25,674 nt of DNA from Candidatus Hodarchaeota archaeon (lineage in GTDB: Archaea; Asgardarchaeota; Heimdallarchaeia; Hodarchaeales; Hodarchaeaceae), in NCBI GenBank assembly GCA_016839815.1, contig JAEOTM010000174.1:1-25674 (forward strand), in the 5' to 3' direction. The notes below the pieces were generated by a model. That model had not been told where the DNA came from. It ran no database searches and was given only the letters and a program-made list of their open reading frames with translations. This document shows, piece by piece, positions 16,126-24,758 of the stretch; the stretch's first letter is position 1, and each line of letters opens with the position of its first letter. Both the position numbers and the translations under genes were made by a program.

Positions 16126-16734
16126 ATGAATAGAGAATTAATCCCTATTTTTCAGGCAAAAAATAAGGTTATTCATATCTTTGGGGTACCAGGGACATAC
16201 AAAACAGCTTTTTTAGTTCAAATCATCTGGCAGAAGCTAAAAGAGGGAATAGAACAGATTTTTCTGGTAGATGTGAGTGGAAGTTTTCCTTATGTGAAGT
16301 TAAAACCCATAGAATCTCTTTTATCCAAATTAATTGTCTTTCAACCCAAAACTTTCAAAGAAGAAGTAAGGATTCTTGACGACTTAGAGTTAAGAGGATT
16401 TCCTGAGAATGCAATCCTTCTTATTGATGACATCTTCCATCGAATTAAACCAGAAATTGAAAGTCATCTTGAATCCTATCTACTGGCCATTATTCAACTA
16501 CTTTCACAACAAATTACATATCCTATCTTCATTACTAATGAAGGTCGAGGATTTGAAGATAGAATCCATCCCCTTAGAGCTAGTCTTATAACACGATACT
16601 TTGAAGAACATCTTTTTTTTCAAAAATCAACCAAGAAGGATTATATTCAAATAATGAAACTCGTGGATGATAAACACCAGCCTTTCACGGAATTACAGAT
16701 TGACCCCTCGGGTTTTTTCCCAAATATGTTTTAA
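16126..16734 (+). CDS. RecA/RadA-family paralog (RadB/aRadC-like), degenerate P-loop
   Basis: IHIFGVPGTYKT (Walker A variant), FLVDVSGSF (compare YIDTEGGF), LLIDDI (Walker B), IFITNE (compare VTNQ); ATPase core only, 202 aa. Confidence 0.75.
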   Translation: MNRELIPIFQAKNKVIHIFGVPGTYKTAFLVQIIWQKLKEGIEQIFLVDVSGSFPYVKLKPIESLLSKLIVFQPKTFKEEVRILDDLELRGFPENAILLIDDIFHRIKPEIESHLESYLLAIIQLLSQQITYPIFITNEGRGFEDRIHPLRASLITRYFEEHLFFQKSTKKDYIQIMKLVDDKHQPFTELQIDPSGFFPNMF

Positions 16735-16743
16735 GAGAATTAA

Positions 16744-18525
16744 CTAAATTCTACGTGCCTGTTTTAACATGTCTTTATGAGTGATTCTAAAATGAGTTGG
16801 TCGTCCATGAGCACATATACTTGGATTTTCAGTCTTGGCAAGGAGTGAGAGCAGTTCCTTGGTTTGACGATATGATAATTGATCACCCGACCGATAAGAG
16901 GTGTGACAAGCCACTACACTTAATATTTTGGTGATCTCATCCTTATAAAGAGAGCTGTCAATTTTGGTTGAAAGAAGGTCAAAGAAACTCTCGATATTAG
17001 TTTTAGTAAGGATTTTCGGAATCCCATGGATTTCAATTAGATCATTTTGGCTTTTAGGAATACGGATATCGAAACCTAAATTTGTAAGTTGAGGGATAAG
17101 TTCCTCATCAACAGATCGCTTCGGAATTTCAAAGGGTTGTAAAAGGTTTTGGATGGATATCTTCCCTAACTTATGAAGATTTATTAACCGTTCAAGATTG
17201 ACTCTTTCATGAGCAGCGTGAAAATCAAGAATTATTAGATCATTAGAAGAAATATCCTCAAGTAAAATGAACTCTTTTCCTAATTGGCTATGATATTTCA
17301 AGTCCGATCCAATAAGATCTAGTGTATCATGCTCTGTAATCACATTTCCGAAATCACCAGAGCGTACTGGTTGATCACGAAAAGTGAGTTCAGAATGTAG
17401 TGATTTGGGGCGTAACTGAATGTTATTTGCTTTTCCTGAGTCCCGAGAATGAGAAACCTTGGATTGTGGCAAATCTAATTGAATTTGTCGTTTTTTAATA
17501 GAGGCAGGAGTCAGTTGGGGTATTAGATTACTTGTTTTAAGACAATGATTAACAGCACTATAGACTGCATTTCGAATAGCTTTTTCCTCATAAAAAAGGA
17601 CCTCGCGTTTCTGTGGATGAATATTGACATCGAATTCCTCTGGATCAACATCAAGGAATAAAAATGCACAGGGAAACTCCCCTTTCATTAAATATTCCCC
17701 ATATCCTTCTTCCAAGGCTTCACGTAGTATCTTGGATGATATTTTACGACCATTCAGATAAAAAAACTGGTATTTTCGATTTCGTTTGTGGTTACCAGGT
17801 TTACTAATATATCCCAAAATAGATATACTACCATGTCCCACTATTCCAATATTCAGAAGTCCCTGGGCAAATTCAGACCCAAATATCTTCTGGATAGGGA
17901 ATAGATAGTCTGGTGATTTGTTGGTTCGAATGAGCTCCTTTCCATCACCTTTGAGTATGAACGAAATCCCAGGATGAGCAACTGCATATTGGGCAATAAT
18001 GTCATAGATATGCCCTTGTTCGATATAGGCTTTTTTGAGAAATTTTCTGCGTACAATGAAATTGAAAAAGAGGTCTTTTACCTGAATGACTGTTCCTGAA
18101 ACAGCAAGAATCTCTTCAGAAGTAGTAATATTGTCAATATCTCCTGATACTGTTATCTTCGTGGCAATTTCATCTTCGACTTGTCGACTAAGAATTGAAA
18201 ATCGTGAAACCGAAGCTATAGAGTAAAGTGCCTCCCCACGGAATCCCATGGTATTTATCCTAGCAAGATCGTCTTCAGATTCAATTTTACTTGTGGAATG
18301 TCGTTGGATAGCGAGCGGTAAGTCATCAGCTGTAAATCCTTTTCCATTATCGCGAATCTCGATAAGATCTTTTCCTCCTTCTACTATAGTTATAGAAATT
18401 TCAGTAGCTGCTGCATCAATAGCATTTTCGATTAATTCTTTAACAACAGAAGCAGGTCGTTCTATGACTTCCCCCGCAGCGATCTTACTTATTACTAATG
18501 GATCTAGGATTTGTAGTTTTGACAT
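16744..18525 (-). CDS. mutL: DNA mismatch repair endonuclease MutL
   Basis: KIAAGEVIERPASVVKELIENAIDA, DNGKG, HSTSK, MGFRGEALYSI, DVNIHPQKREV; C-terminal DFHAAHERVNLE, ACH, CAHGRP. Confidence 0.97.
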   Translation of the reverse strand: MSKLQILDPLVISKIAAGEVIERPASVVKELIENAIDAAATEISITIVEGGKDLIEIRDNGKGFTADDLPLAIQRHSTSKIESEDDLARINTMGFRGEALYSIASVSRFSILSRQVEDEIATKITVSGDIDNITTSEEILAVSGTVIQVKDLFFNFIVRRKFLKKAYIEQGHIYDIIAQYAVAHPGISFILKGDGKELIRTNKSPDYLFPIQKIFGSEFAQGLLNIGIVGHGSISILGYISKPGNHKRNRKYQFFYLNGRKISSKILREALEEGYGEYLMKGEFPCAFLFLDVDPEEFDVNIHPQKREVLFYEEKAIRNAVYSAVNHCLKTSNLIPQLTPASIKKRQIQLDLPQSKVSHSRDSGKANNIQLRPKSLHSELTFRDQPVRSGDFGNVITEHDTLDLIGSDLKYHSQLGKEFILLEDISSNDLIILDFHAAHERVNLERLINLHKLGKISIQNLLQPFEIPKRSVDEELIPQLTNLGFDIRIPKSQNDLIEIHGIPKILTKTNIESFFDLLSTKIDSSLYKDEITKILSVVACHTSYRSGDQLSYRQTKELLSLLAKTENPSICAHGRPTHFRITHKDMLKQARRI

Positions 18526-18529
18526 CCTT

Positions 18530-21274
18530 CTAGAACTCCTCGATTTGTTGTTCCATCTTCTTTAATTCTATAACAAGTTCCTCAAGCTGCTCTAACGCCT
18601 CAATAGGTGTTTTATAATTAACATCAATACCTGTATAGCTTTTGAGGAATGCTAAAATAGTAAATTTTAATTTTTTTAATTTTTCTTCATAATTATCTTT
18701 AGTGATATTTTGAGAAAACGCTTCAGCTAAAGATAGTTGACGAGGATGTCCTTTTTTCGCTCCTATCCTCTTGGGTGCTGGTATACTTGTAGAAGTCGAT
18801 TCAAGCTCCATTAATTTCTTTTGAGCATTATAAATGACACTTTGAGGAACTCCAGCCATTTTAGCTACACTAATCCCAAATGAATGATCCGTAGCACCCT
18901 GATGTAGCTTATATAATAACATTAGTTCACCATTACGCTCTTTTGCAGTTAGATGGAAATTTTTAACTCTCGAGGATCGCTCTACTAATTCGCTTAATTG
19001 ATGATAATGAGTAGCAAACAGGGTTTTACATTTAATATTAGTTACAATATGTTCAGCTATCGCCCATGCCAATGATAATCCATCATATGTACTGGTACCA
19101 CGACCTACTTCATCCAGGATAACTAATGAGTGTTCAGTTGCATTATGCAATATGTGCGAGGTTTCAAGCATTTCAAGCATAAAAGTAGACTGTCCGAAAG
19201 CTAAACGATCAAATGCTCCAACTCTGGTAAATATTTTATCAACAATAGCAAATTTGAATGATTGAGCAGGAACCCATGAACCAGTTTGTGCCATAAGTAT
19301 CATCAAAGCTACTTGTCGGATCAAAGTCGATTTACCTGACATATTGGGTCCTGTGATGATATGGAGCTCCCCTTCTTTAAGGGAAACAGAATTGGGAACA
19401 AATCCTGTATCAGGTTGCATATACTCCACAACAGTATGTCGACCCTCTTGAATTTCAATTGTATCATCAGCAATAATCTGAGGACGACAATAATTGTTCT
19501 TCAGAGCAGTAGAAGCAAAGCAAGTCAATACATCTAATTCTGCTAATAAATCTGAAAAAACTTTGACCTGAGTTAGAGATTCTGAAATTATATCACGAAC
19601 TTCACAAAAAAGTTGATACTCAAGGTTTATTATTTTTTCATCCAAATTCAGAATTTTTTCTTCAATCTCTTTTAATTTGGGGGTAATAAACCGTTCAGCA
19701 CTGACCAGTGTTTGGCGTCGAGTATAATCCGCAGGAACAGCGTCTTCCCCAGCATCCCGTAATTGGGCTTTTGTAGCTTCGATGTAATAACCGTGAACAG
19801 AATTATATCCGAGCTTAATATTGAAAGCAGTCCGACTTTGCTCCTGAGCTTCAACCTCTTCTAGAATCGTTTTCTGGTTTGTCTTCAACGTGTAAAGTTC
19901 AAAAAGCTCCTCATGATACTCAGGTTTGATTACACCTCCTTCTGTGATTTTTGTGGGAGGATCATCATTAATAGCTTGTATAATTACATCACGAATTTTC
20001 ACTAGATCTGTTGAGTCGAAATCAACGATTCTATGAGAAATATCGCATTTGAATGAGTTCTCAGAGAGAAAACGTTGGATTGTAAGACTTGCAGATATGG
20101 AACTCATAAGAGAGGTGAGATCACGTCCATTTGCGGAATGATATTTGATTTTGGATATTAATCGTGGAAAATCAGATAAGGATGCAATAGTTTGATTTAT
20201 GTGATCACAGAGGTCAGGTTTCGAAAAAAATTCTTGAACCGCATCCAAACGGACATTGATAAATTTAGGGTCTCGTAAAGGTTGTAATAACCATCTTCTT
20301 AATAAGCGAGCACCGGTACTTGAATGAATATCTGAAAAAACTGATAACAAACTCCCTGTGACTCGTCCATCGAATGCATTACCAATAATTTCAAGATTTC
20401 TCTGGGTATTTGCATCTAAAATAAGAGAAGTCTCGTCATCCAATAATTTGAGGCTAGTAAGATTTGATGGAAAATCTGGTTTCAACATGGCCAAATGAGA
20501 TATAACTGCTCCAGTTGCTCTAATCCCTTCTTCCATGGACTCACACCCAAACCCTGCAAGAGTTTTAACTTGAAAATGATCCAGAAGAGTTTCTTTTGCC
20601 GTATTAAGATTATAAATTGTTTCATTAACAAAGGAAATCATAGTTTTGGATGAAAGCCGAACAATGTCTTCTATTGCTAGTTGTATTTTTCCTTTCTGAC
20701 TGGATTCTGGGAGTATAATTTCTTTCGGATTAAATCGGGTAAATTCATCTTGAAATCGTTCAATAAGGTTAGTACTAATTTCAGAAATCAATAATTCTCC
20801 TGTCGATATGTCTACAAATGATAAGCCGATACTATTTTTACGTTCATTAATTGCCAGGCTTAACATGAAATTATTAACGCTATCATCTAAAATCGAGGAT
20901 TCAAAAACTGTTCCTGGAGTAACAACTCTTGTAACTCCCCTTTTTACGATTCTACCTGATGGAAGCTTTTTGGCGTCTTCTAGTTGATCAACTATGGCTA
21001 CCTTGAATCCATTGTCGACTAATTTTTTGAGATAGGCATCAATAGATTTAATAGGAACTCCTGCTAATGGAATTCGAGGATTTCCAACTCCCATACTTCT
21101 GGAAGTAAGAGTAATACTCAAAGCTTTTGCAATAAGTTTAGCATCCTCATTGAAAGTTTCGTAAAAATCACCTAGCTGAAAAAATACGATAGTATCGGGA
21201 AAATCCTTCTTGATATCCTCATATTGTGTCATTGCAGTTGTTTTTCTGCGAGGTTGTGAGCGCATAGGAGTCAA
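18530..21274 (-). CDS. mutS: DNA mismatch repair protein MutS (MutS1 type)
   Basis: FFQLGDFYETF (Phe-X-Glu), AGVP, RVVTPGT, EGRH, TGPNMSGKST, STFMLEM, ILDEVGRGTSTYDG, FATHYHQL, SFGISVAKMAGVP. The start may be TTG 21274 or a downstream ATG. Confidence 0.97.
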   Translation of the reverse strand: MTPMRSQPRRKTTAMTQYEDIKKDFPDTIVFFQLGDFYETFNEDAKLIAKALSITLTSRSMGVGNPRIPLAGVPIKSIDAYLKKLVDNGFKVAIVDQLEDAKKLPSGRIVKRGVTRVVTPGTVFESSILDDSVNNFMLSLAINERKNSIGLSFVDISTGELLISEISTNLIERFQDEFTRFNPKEIILPESSQKGKIQLAIEDIVRLSSKTMISFVNETIYNLNTAKETLLDHFQVKTLAGFGCESMEEGIRATGAVISHLAMLKPDFPSNLTSLKLLDDETSLILDANTQRNLEIIGNAFDGRVTGSLLSVFSDIHSSTGARLLRRWLLQPLRDPKFINVRLDAVQEFFSKPDLCDHINQTIASLSDFPRLISKIKYHSANGRDLTSLMSSISASLTIQRFLSENSFKCDISHRIVDFDSTDLVKIRDVIIQAINDDPPTKITEGGVIKPEYHEELFELYTLKTNQKTILEEVEAQEQSRTAFNIKLGYNSVHGYYIEATKAQLRDAGEDAVPADYTRRQTLVSAERFITPKLKEIEEKILNLDEKIINLEYQLFCEVRDIISESLTQVKVFSDLLAELDVLTCFASTALKNNYCRPQIIADDTIEIQEGRHTVVEYMQPDTGFVPNSVSLKEGELHIITGPNMSGKSTLIRQVALMILMAQTGSWVPAQSFKFAIVDKIFTRVGAFDRLAFGQSTFMLEMLETSHILHNATEHSLVILDEVGRGTSTYDGLSLAWAIAEHIVTNIKCKTLFATHYHQLSELVERSSRVKNFHLTAKERNGELMLLYKLHQGATDHSFGISVAKMAGVPQSVIYNAQKKLMELESTSTSIPAPKRIGAKKGHPRQLSLAEAFSQNITKDNYEEKLKKLKFTILAFLKSYTGIDVNYKTPIEALEQLEELVIELKKMEQQIEEF

Positions 21275-21449
21275 TTCACGTATCTTATCGAAATCAAAAG
21301 TTCTAGCTAAATGGAAAATATTTAATCACAATTATTAAATCTTGCGTCTATTAAAGGGAAAATTACGCCTGTCCGTGAAAAAAACCTTAAGAAAAGCAAA
21401 GCACTAGAAAAGATTGAAAAAAAATCAATTACTTTAAAAAGTATTCTTT

Positions 21450-21534
21450 GCGGGGATTTCCCAGTCTGGTCAAAGGAGCTAGGTTCAGGTCCTAGTCGTG
21501 TAGGCGTTCGTGAGTTCAAATCTCACTCCCCGCA
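21450..21534 (+). tRNA. tRNA-Leu(CAG), no intron
   Basis: Acceptor GCGGGGA/TCCCCGC plus A73, anticodon stem CTAGG/CCTAG, CAG at 21486-21488, long variable arm, T-arm GTGAG-TTCAAAT-CTCAC. Confidence 0.96.
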
Positions 21535-21552
21535 TCTTGAAAAAACTAACAT

Positions 21553-21683
21553 GCCGAGGTAGCCAAGCGGTACGGCGCCAGACTCGAGTTCTTCTTCGTT
21601 AACGAGAGATCTGGTGTGCTCTGCACACGTGGGTTCAAGTTAAAGTATCAATCTGATGCTTAAAGAAATTCCCACCCTCGGCG
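21553..21683 (+). tRNA. tRNA-Ser(CGA) with two introns: 37/38 (21589..21608) and T-loop 59/60 (21640..21669)
   Basis: Acceptor GCCGAGG/CCTCGGC plus G73. Anticodon stem CCAGA/TCTGG with CGA at 21585-21587. BHB helix CTCG/CGAG. Long variable arm. T-stem GTGGG/CCCAC interrupted by a 30-nt hairpin insert. Confidence 0.92.
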
Positions 21684-21871
21684 CTCCTTATAATCTTTTA
21701 AGGCACAAATCGAATTACAGACTTTGCTTTCTTACCGTAAGGTAACACATTTAAGGGACTTACAGAGACGCGTTCTTTTGCATATACAAAGAAAAATCTT
21801 GGGTCAGGAAAACTAGCTAGGAGGAAACTCTTAGTAAAAATCTCTTGGAGAAATTCCGACTCTTCCAGATT

Positions 21872-21887
21872 AAAAAACGTTTATAAG
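21872..21887 (+). promoter_or_regulatory. BRE/TATA promoter of moxR-vwa, probably leaderless transcript
   Basis: AAAAAACG-TTTATAAG ends 27 nt before the TTG start at 21915; no SD-like sequence seen. Confidence 0.55.
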
Positions 21888-21914
21888 AAAATTAAGTAAT
21901 TATTTACTACTACA

Positions 21915-22796
21915 TTGGTGATTTTTTTGGACATCGAAAAAGCGATTTCAGAGATACAGGAGAAGTTTGGGGTAGTTGGACGTGAACGTACACTTCGAAA
22001 ACTAATCCTTGGGAAAATGGCTAGTAAACACATCATTATAGAAGGGCCAGTCGGGGTTGGAAAGACTACATTGGCACATGCAGTAGCTGCCTATTTTGAT
22101 CAAGGATTCATTCGTATTGATGGGGACGAACGATATACCGAAAGTAAACTTGTCGGGCATTTTGAACCCCCTCTAGTTGTAGAAAAGGGATGGATATGGG
22201 ATGCATTTGTACCAGGGCCCTTAACATTAGCTATGAAAAACGGGTCAATCTTATTTATCAACGAAGCCAATCGGTTGATAGAAGGAACACAAAACGTACT
22301 CTTACCATCTATGGATGAGGGAATGCTTATACTACCTAAGCTTGGGGTCATAAAAGCAAGTGATGGATTTTTAGTCGTTGCTACACAAAATCCTGAGTCA
22401 TATATAGGAACCACAGTACTTTCCGAAGCGTTAAAAGATCGATTTGTCTGGATTAAACTAGAAAATCAAGGATACCAACAGGAACTGGATATCGTTAAAC
22501 AAAAAGCTGACTTGGATGAGAAGGATATATTAATTGGAGAAACAGCTACAAAGATAACACGAGCAACCCGTAAACATCCCGATATAAGACGAGGATCCTC
22601 TATCCGCGGTGCAATTGACCTGGCAAAAATACTAAGCTTGGTACAAAGCCTTACTCTCGAAACAGTTTCAGAATTATCCATTATGACTATTGCGACAAAA
22701 ATTGAACTAGAAGATGGTGTAGAGAGACCCATTGAAGAAATAATTCACGAAATTGTTGAAGCGATACTCTCTGGGGACGAAGACCGTTTTTTATGA
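21915..22796 (+). CDS. MoxR-family AAA+ ATPase
   Basis: Walker A GPVGVGKTT, KLVGHF, FVPGPL, Walker B variant LFINEANR, VATQNP, LSEALKDRF, SIRGAID. Confidence 0.9.
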   Translation: MVIFLDIEKAISEIQEKFGVVGRERTLRKLILGKMASKHIIIEGPVGVGKTTLAHAVAAYFDQGFIRIDGDERYTESKLVGHFEPPLVVEKGWIWDAFVPGPLTLAMKNGSILFINEANRLIEGTQNVLLPSMDEGMLILPKLGVIKASDGFLVVATQNPESYIGTTVLSEALKDRFVWIKLENQGYQQELDIVKQKADLDEKDILIGETATKITRATRKHPDIRRGSSIRGAIDLAKILSLVQSLTLETVSELSIMTIATKIELEDGVERPIEEIIHEIVEAILSGDEDRFL

Positions 22797-23863
22797 AGAA
22801 ATCCCGAGGAGCCGCTCGGGAGTATAAAAAGAACATCCGTCTCTTCGGTAGGTTAAACATGGAGGATTTAGCAGAGGCAGCGATAGCCGCAGGTGATTCT
22901 CTACCCAAACTAGATAAACTCGATATCGCTAGTATTGAACGATTAACCGAATCAGCTATTGAACATGAAAATTTACCCGCTCTAATGTCTCTTGCGAAAA
23001 TCAATAAGTATGCAGTCTCTAACACTTTGAATCCCGAACGTTTAGTGTCTCTTGGTCGAGTTGCGGGATCAGGTGGAGTTTATACACCACGTTTGTTTTT
23101 CGTGATGCGTGGGGTACTAGATAGAAAACGAAGGAAAATTCTAAAACGTCTAACACGAACATCTATCCTCAAATTATCTTTAAGAATAGCTTCAGAAGGT
23201 CTACGAGGGGATCTGCCAATCCGTGGAGAATTTCAACCTGACTCTGACTTTGATTTAGAGGCAACTATGGAGCAAGTATTGGAAAAATATCCTGCAGGGA
23301 TCCCAAGACTCAGTAATGCGGATATTATTGGCATCGAACGTCACGAAAGAAAGAAAAATGGGGTGTTAATTCTAGATGCCAGCGGATCTATGATGGGAGA
23401 ACGAAATATCAACGCAGCTCTTTCTGCAGCAGTTATGGCATTTTCAATGCGAAAGGATCAATTCGGTGTGGTTGCCTTTAATACCAAAGGCTTTCTAATC
23501 AAGGGTATCAAAGATGAACTCAAAATTGAAGATATTATGGATAGAATCCTGGATTTAGAAGCCGTGGGTTACACTAATATCGAAGATGGATTGAAAAAAG
23601 GAGCAATTCAAATCAGAAACTTAAAAACTCGCTATAAGTGGGCGATTCTCCTAACTGATGGAGCTTATAACAAGGGTGATGATCCTCGTTACTTATGTCG
23701 GCAATTTGAGAAACTACATGTCATTAATTTACCTGGTGGAAAGAAATGGGGTGAGAAAGTTTGTCAAGATCTCGCCCGTCTAGGTGGTGGACGGTATGTC
23801 GTCGTCCGTAATTACCATGAGGTTCCACGAGCACTTATGAAAGTTCTCAGAAGTCCCTGGTAA
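22793..23863 (+). CDS. VWA-domain protein (MoxR partner, CoxE-like)
   Basis: DLEATM linker motif; intact MIDAS LILDASGSM, GYTNI, LLTDG; ATGA overlap with moxR. Confidence 0.9.
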   Translation: MKKSRGAAREYKKNIRLFGRLNMEDLAEAAIAAGDSLPKLDKLDIASIERLTESAIEHENLPALMSLAKINKYAVSNTLNPERLVSLGRVAGSGGVYTPRLFFVMRGVLDRKRRKILKRLTRTSILKLSLRIASEGLRGDLPIRGEFQPDSDFDLEATMEQVLEKYPAGIPRLSNADIIGIERHERKKNGVLILDASGSMMGERNINAALSAAVMAFSMRKDQFGVVAFNTKGFLIKGIKDELKIEDIMDRILDLEAVGYTNIEDGLKKGAIQIRNLKTRYKWAILLTDGAYNKGDDPRYLCRQFEKLHVINLPGGKKWGEKVCQDLARLGGGRYVVVRNYHEVPRALMKVLRSPW

Positions 23864-23873
23864 AGACTTCAAA

Positions 23874-24602
23874 CTAATCTTTTTTTGATCTAAGTAGTTT
23901 TAAACGATCAGGAAAGTTAGTTAATAACCCATCTACCCCCAGATTTATTGCCTGTTGCATCTCGGGAATTTCATCTGCATAGAAATAGAAGACACGAATA
24001 TCTTGATTATGACATTGTTGAATAAAAGATTCAGTTAAAGCTCGTTTACGAATCTGAGCAATGGTCAATCCAAGGTCTGATAATAAATCAAAGTATTCGT
24101 CATTAGGCCGTTCTTTCTGTAATAATCCACACTTAATGGAGCTGTCAATAGATTGAATACGTTGGATGTTTTCAACATGTCTGGCCATAATAACAGTCCC
24201 TTTTTCAAAATTTTGTTTTTGAATTAATGAAACGACCGATTTTTCAAACCAATCAGAATGCGGATCATAGAATTTTAATTCGATATTGAGTTGAATAGGA
24301 GAGGGGATAATAAGTAAGACTTCGGAGAGAGTAGGGATTTGTTCCCCTCGATAGCGCTTATGGAACCAACTCCCTGCATCTAAAGATCTGAGGTACTTAA
24401 AAGGAAGTTCAGGAATACGCCCCATTCCATTAGTTGTTCTTTCAATTCCTTGACGGTCATGAAAGATCATTAGACGATGGTCAGAAGAGGGTTGAACATC
24501 GAATTCAAGCATATCGGCATATTTTATCCCCTCAGTAAAGCAGGAGAGAGTATTTTCTGGAGCTAAGCCTGCTCCTCCACGATGGGCGATATTTAGCACC
24601 AT
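23874..24602 (-). CDS. Glycerophosphodiester phosphodiesterase (UgpQ/GlpQ family)
   Basis: IAHRGGAGLAPENT, LEFDV, IFHD, IPTLSEV, NIELK, GVDGLLTNFP. Start set at MVLNIAHRG (24602); ATG 24635 is the alternative. Confidence 0.92.
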   Translation of the reverse strand: MVLNIAHRGGAGLAPENTLSCFTEGIKYADMLEFDVQPSSDHRLMIFHDRQGIERTTNGMGRIPELPFKYLRSLDAGSWFHKRYRGEQIPTLSEVLLIIPSPIQLNIELKFYDPHSDWFEKSVVSLIQKQNFEKGTVIMARHVENIQRIQSIDSSIKCGLLQKERPNDEYFDLLSDLGLTIAQIRKRALTESFIQQCHNQDIRVFYFYADEIPEMQQAINLGVDGLLTNFPDRLKLLRSKKD

Positions 24603-24758
24603 ATCTAGTAAAAAACTTCTAAACCATATTACCATTACTCATATGGTAAGATGAGCTCCTGAAAAAACTAATAAATGTGAACTTCCTAAGAAATGAGAAT
24701 TTCCGTTAATATTCCCTGAAAGAAAGCTTTAGTTGTAAAATCCAATAGCTGATGCCAC

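Noticed and set aside
21322-21519. 65-aa minus-strand ORF upstream of mutS
   Set aside because: Overlaps tRNA-Leu in antisense; no coding signal.
21731-21741. CTTAC-C-GTAAG palindrome in the tRNA-Ser/moxR spacer
   Set aside because: 5-bp arms are expected by chance; no larger RNA structure supported.
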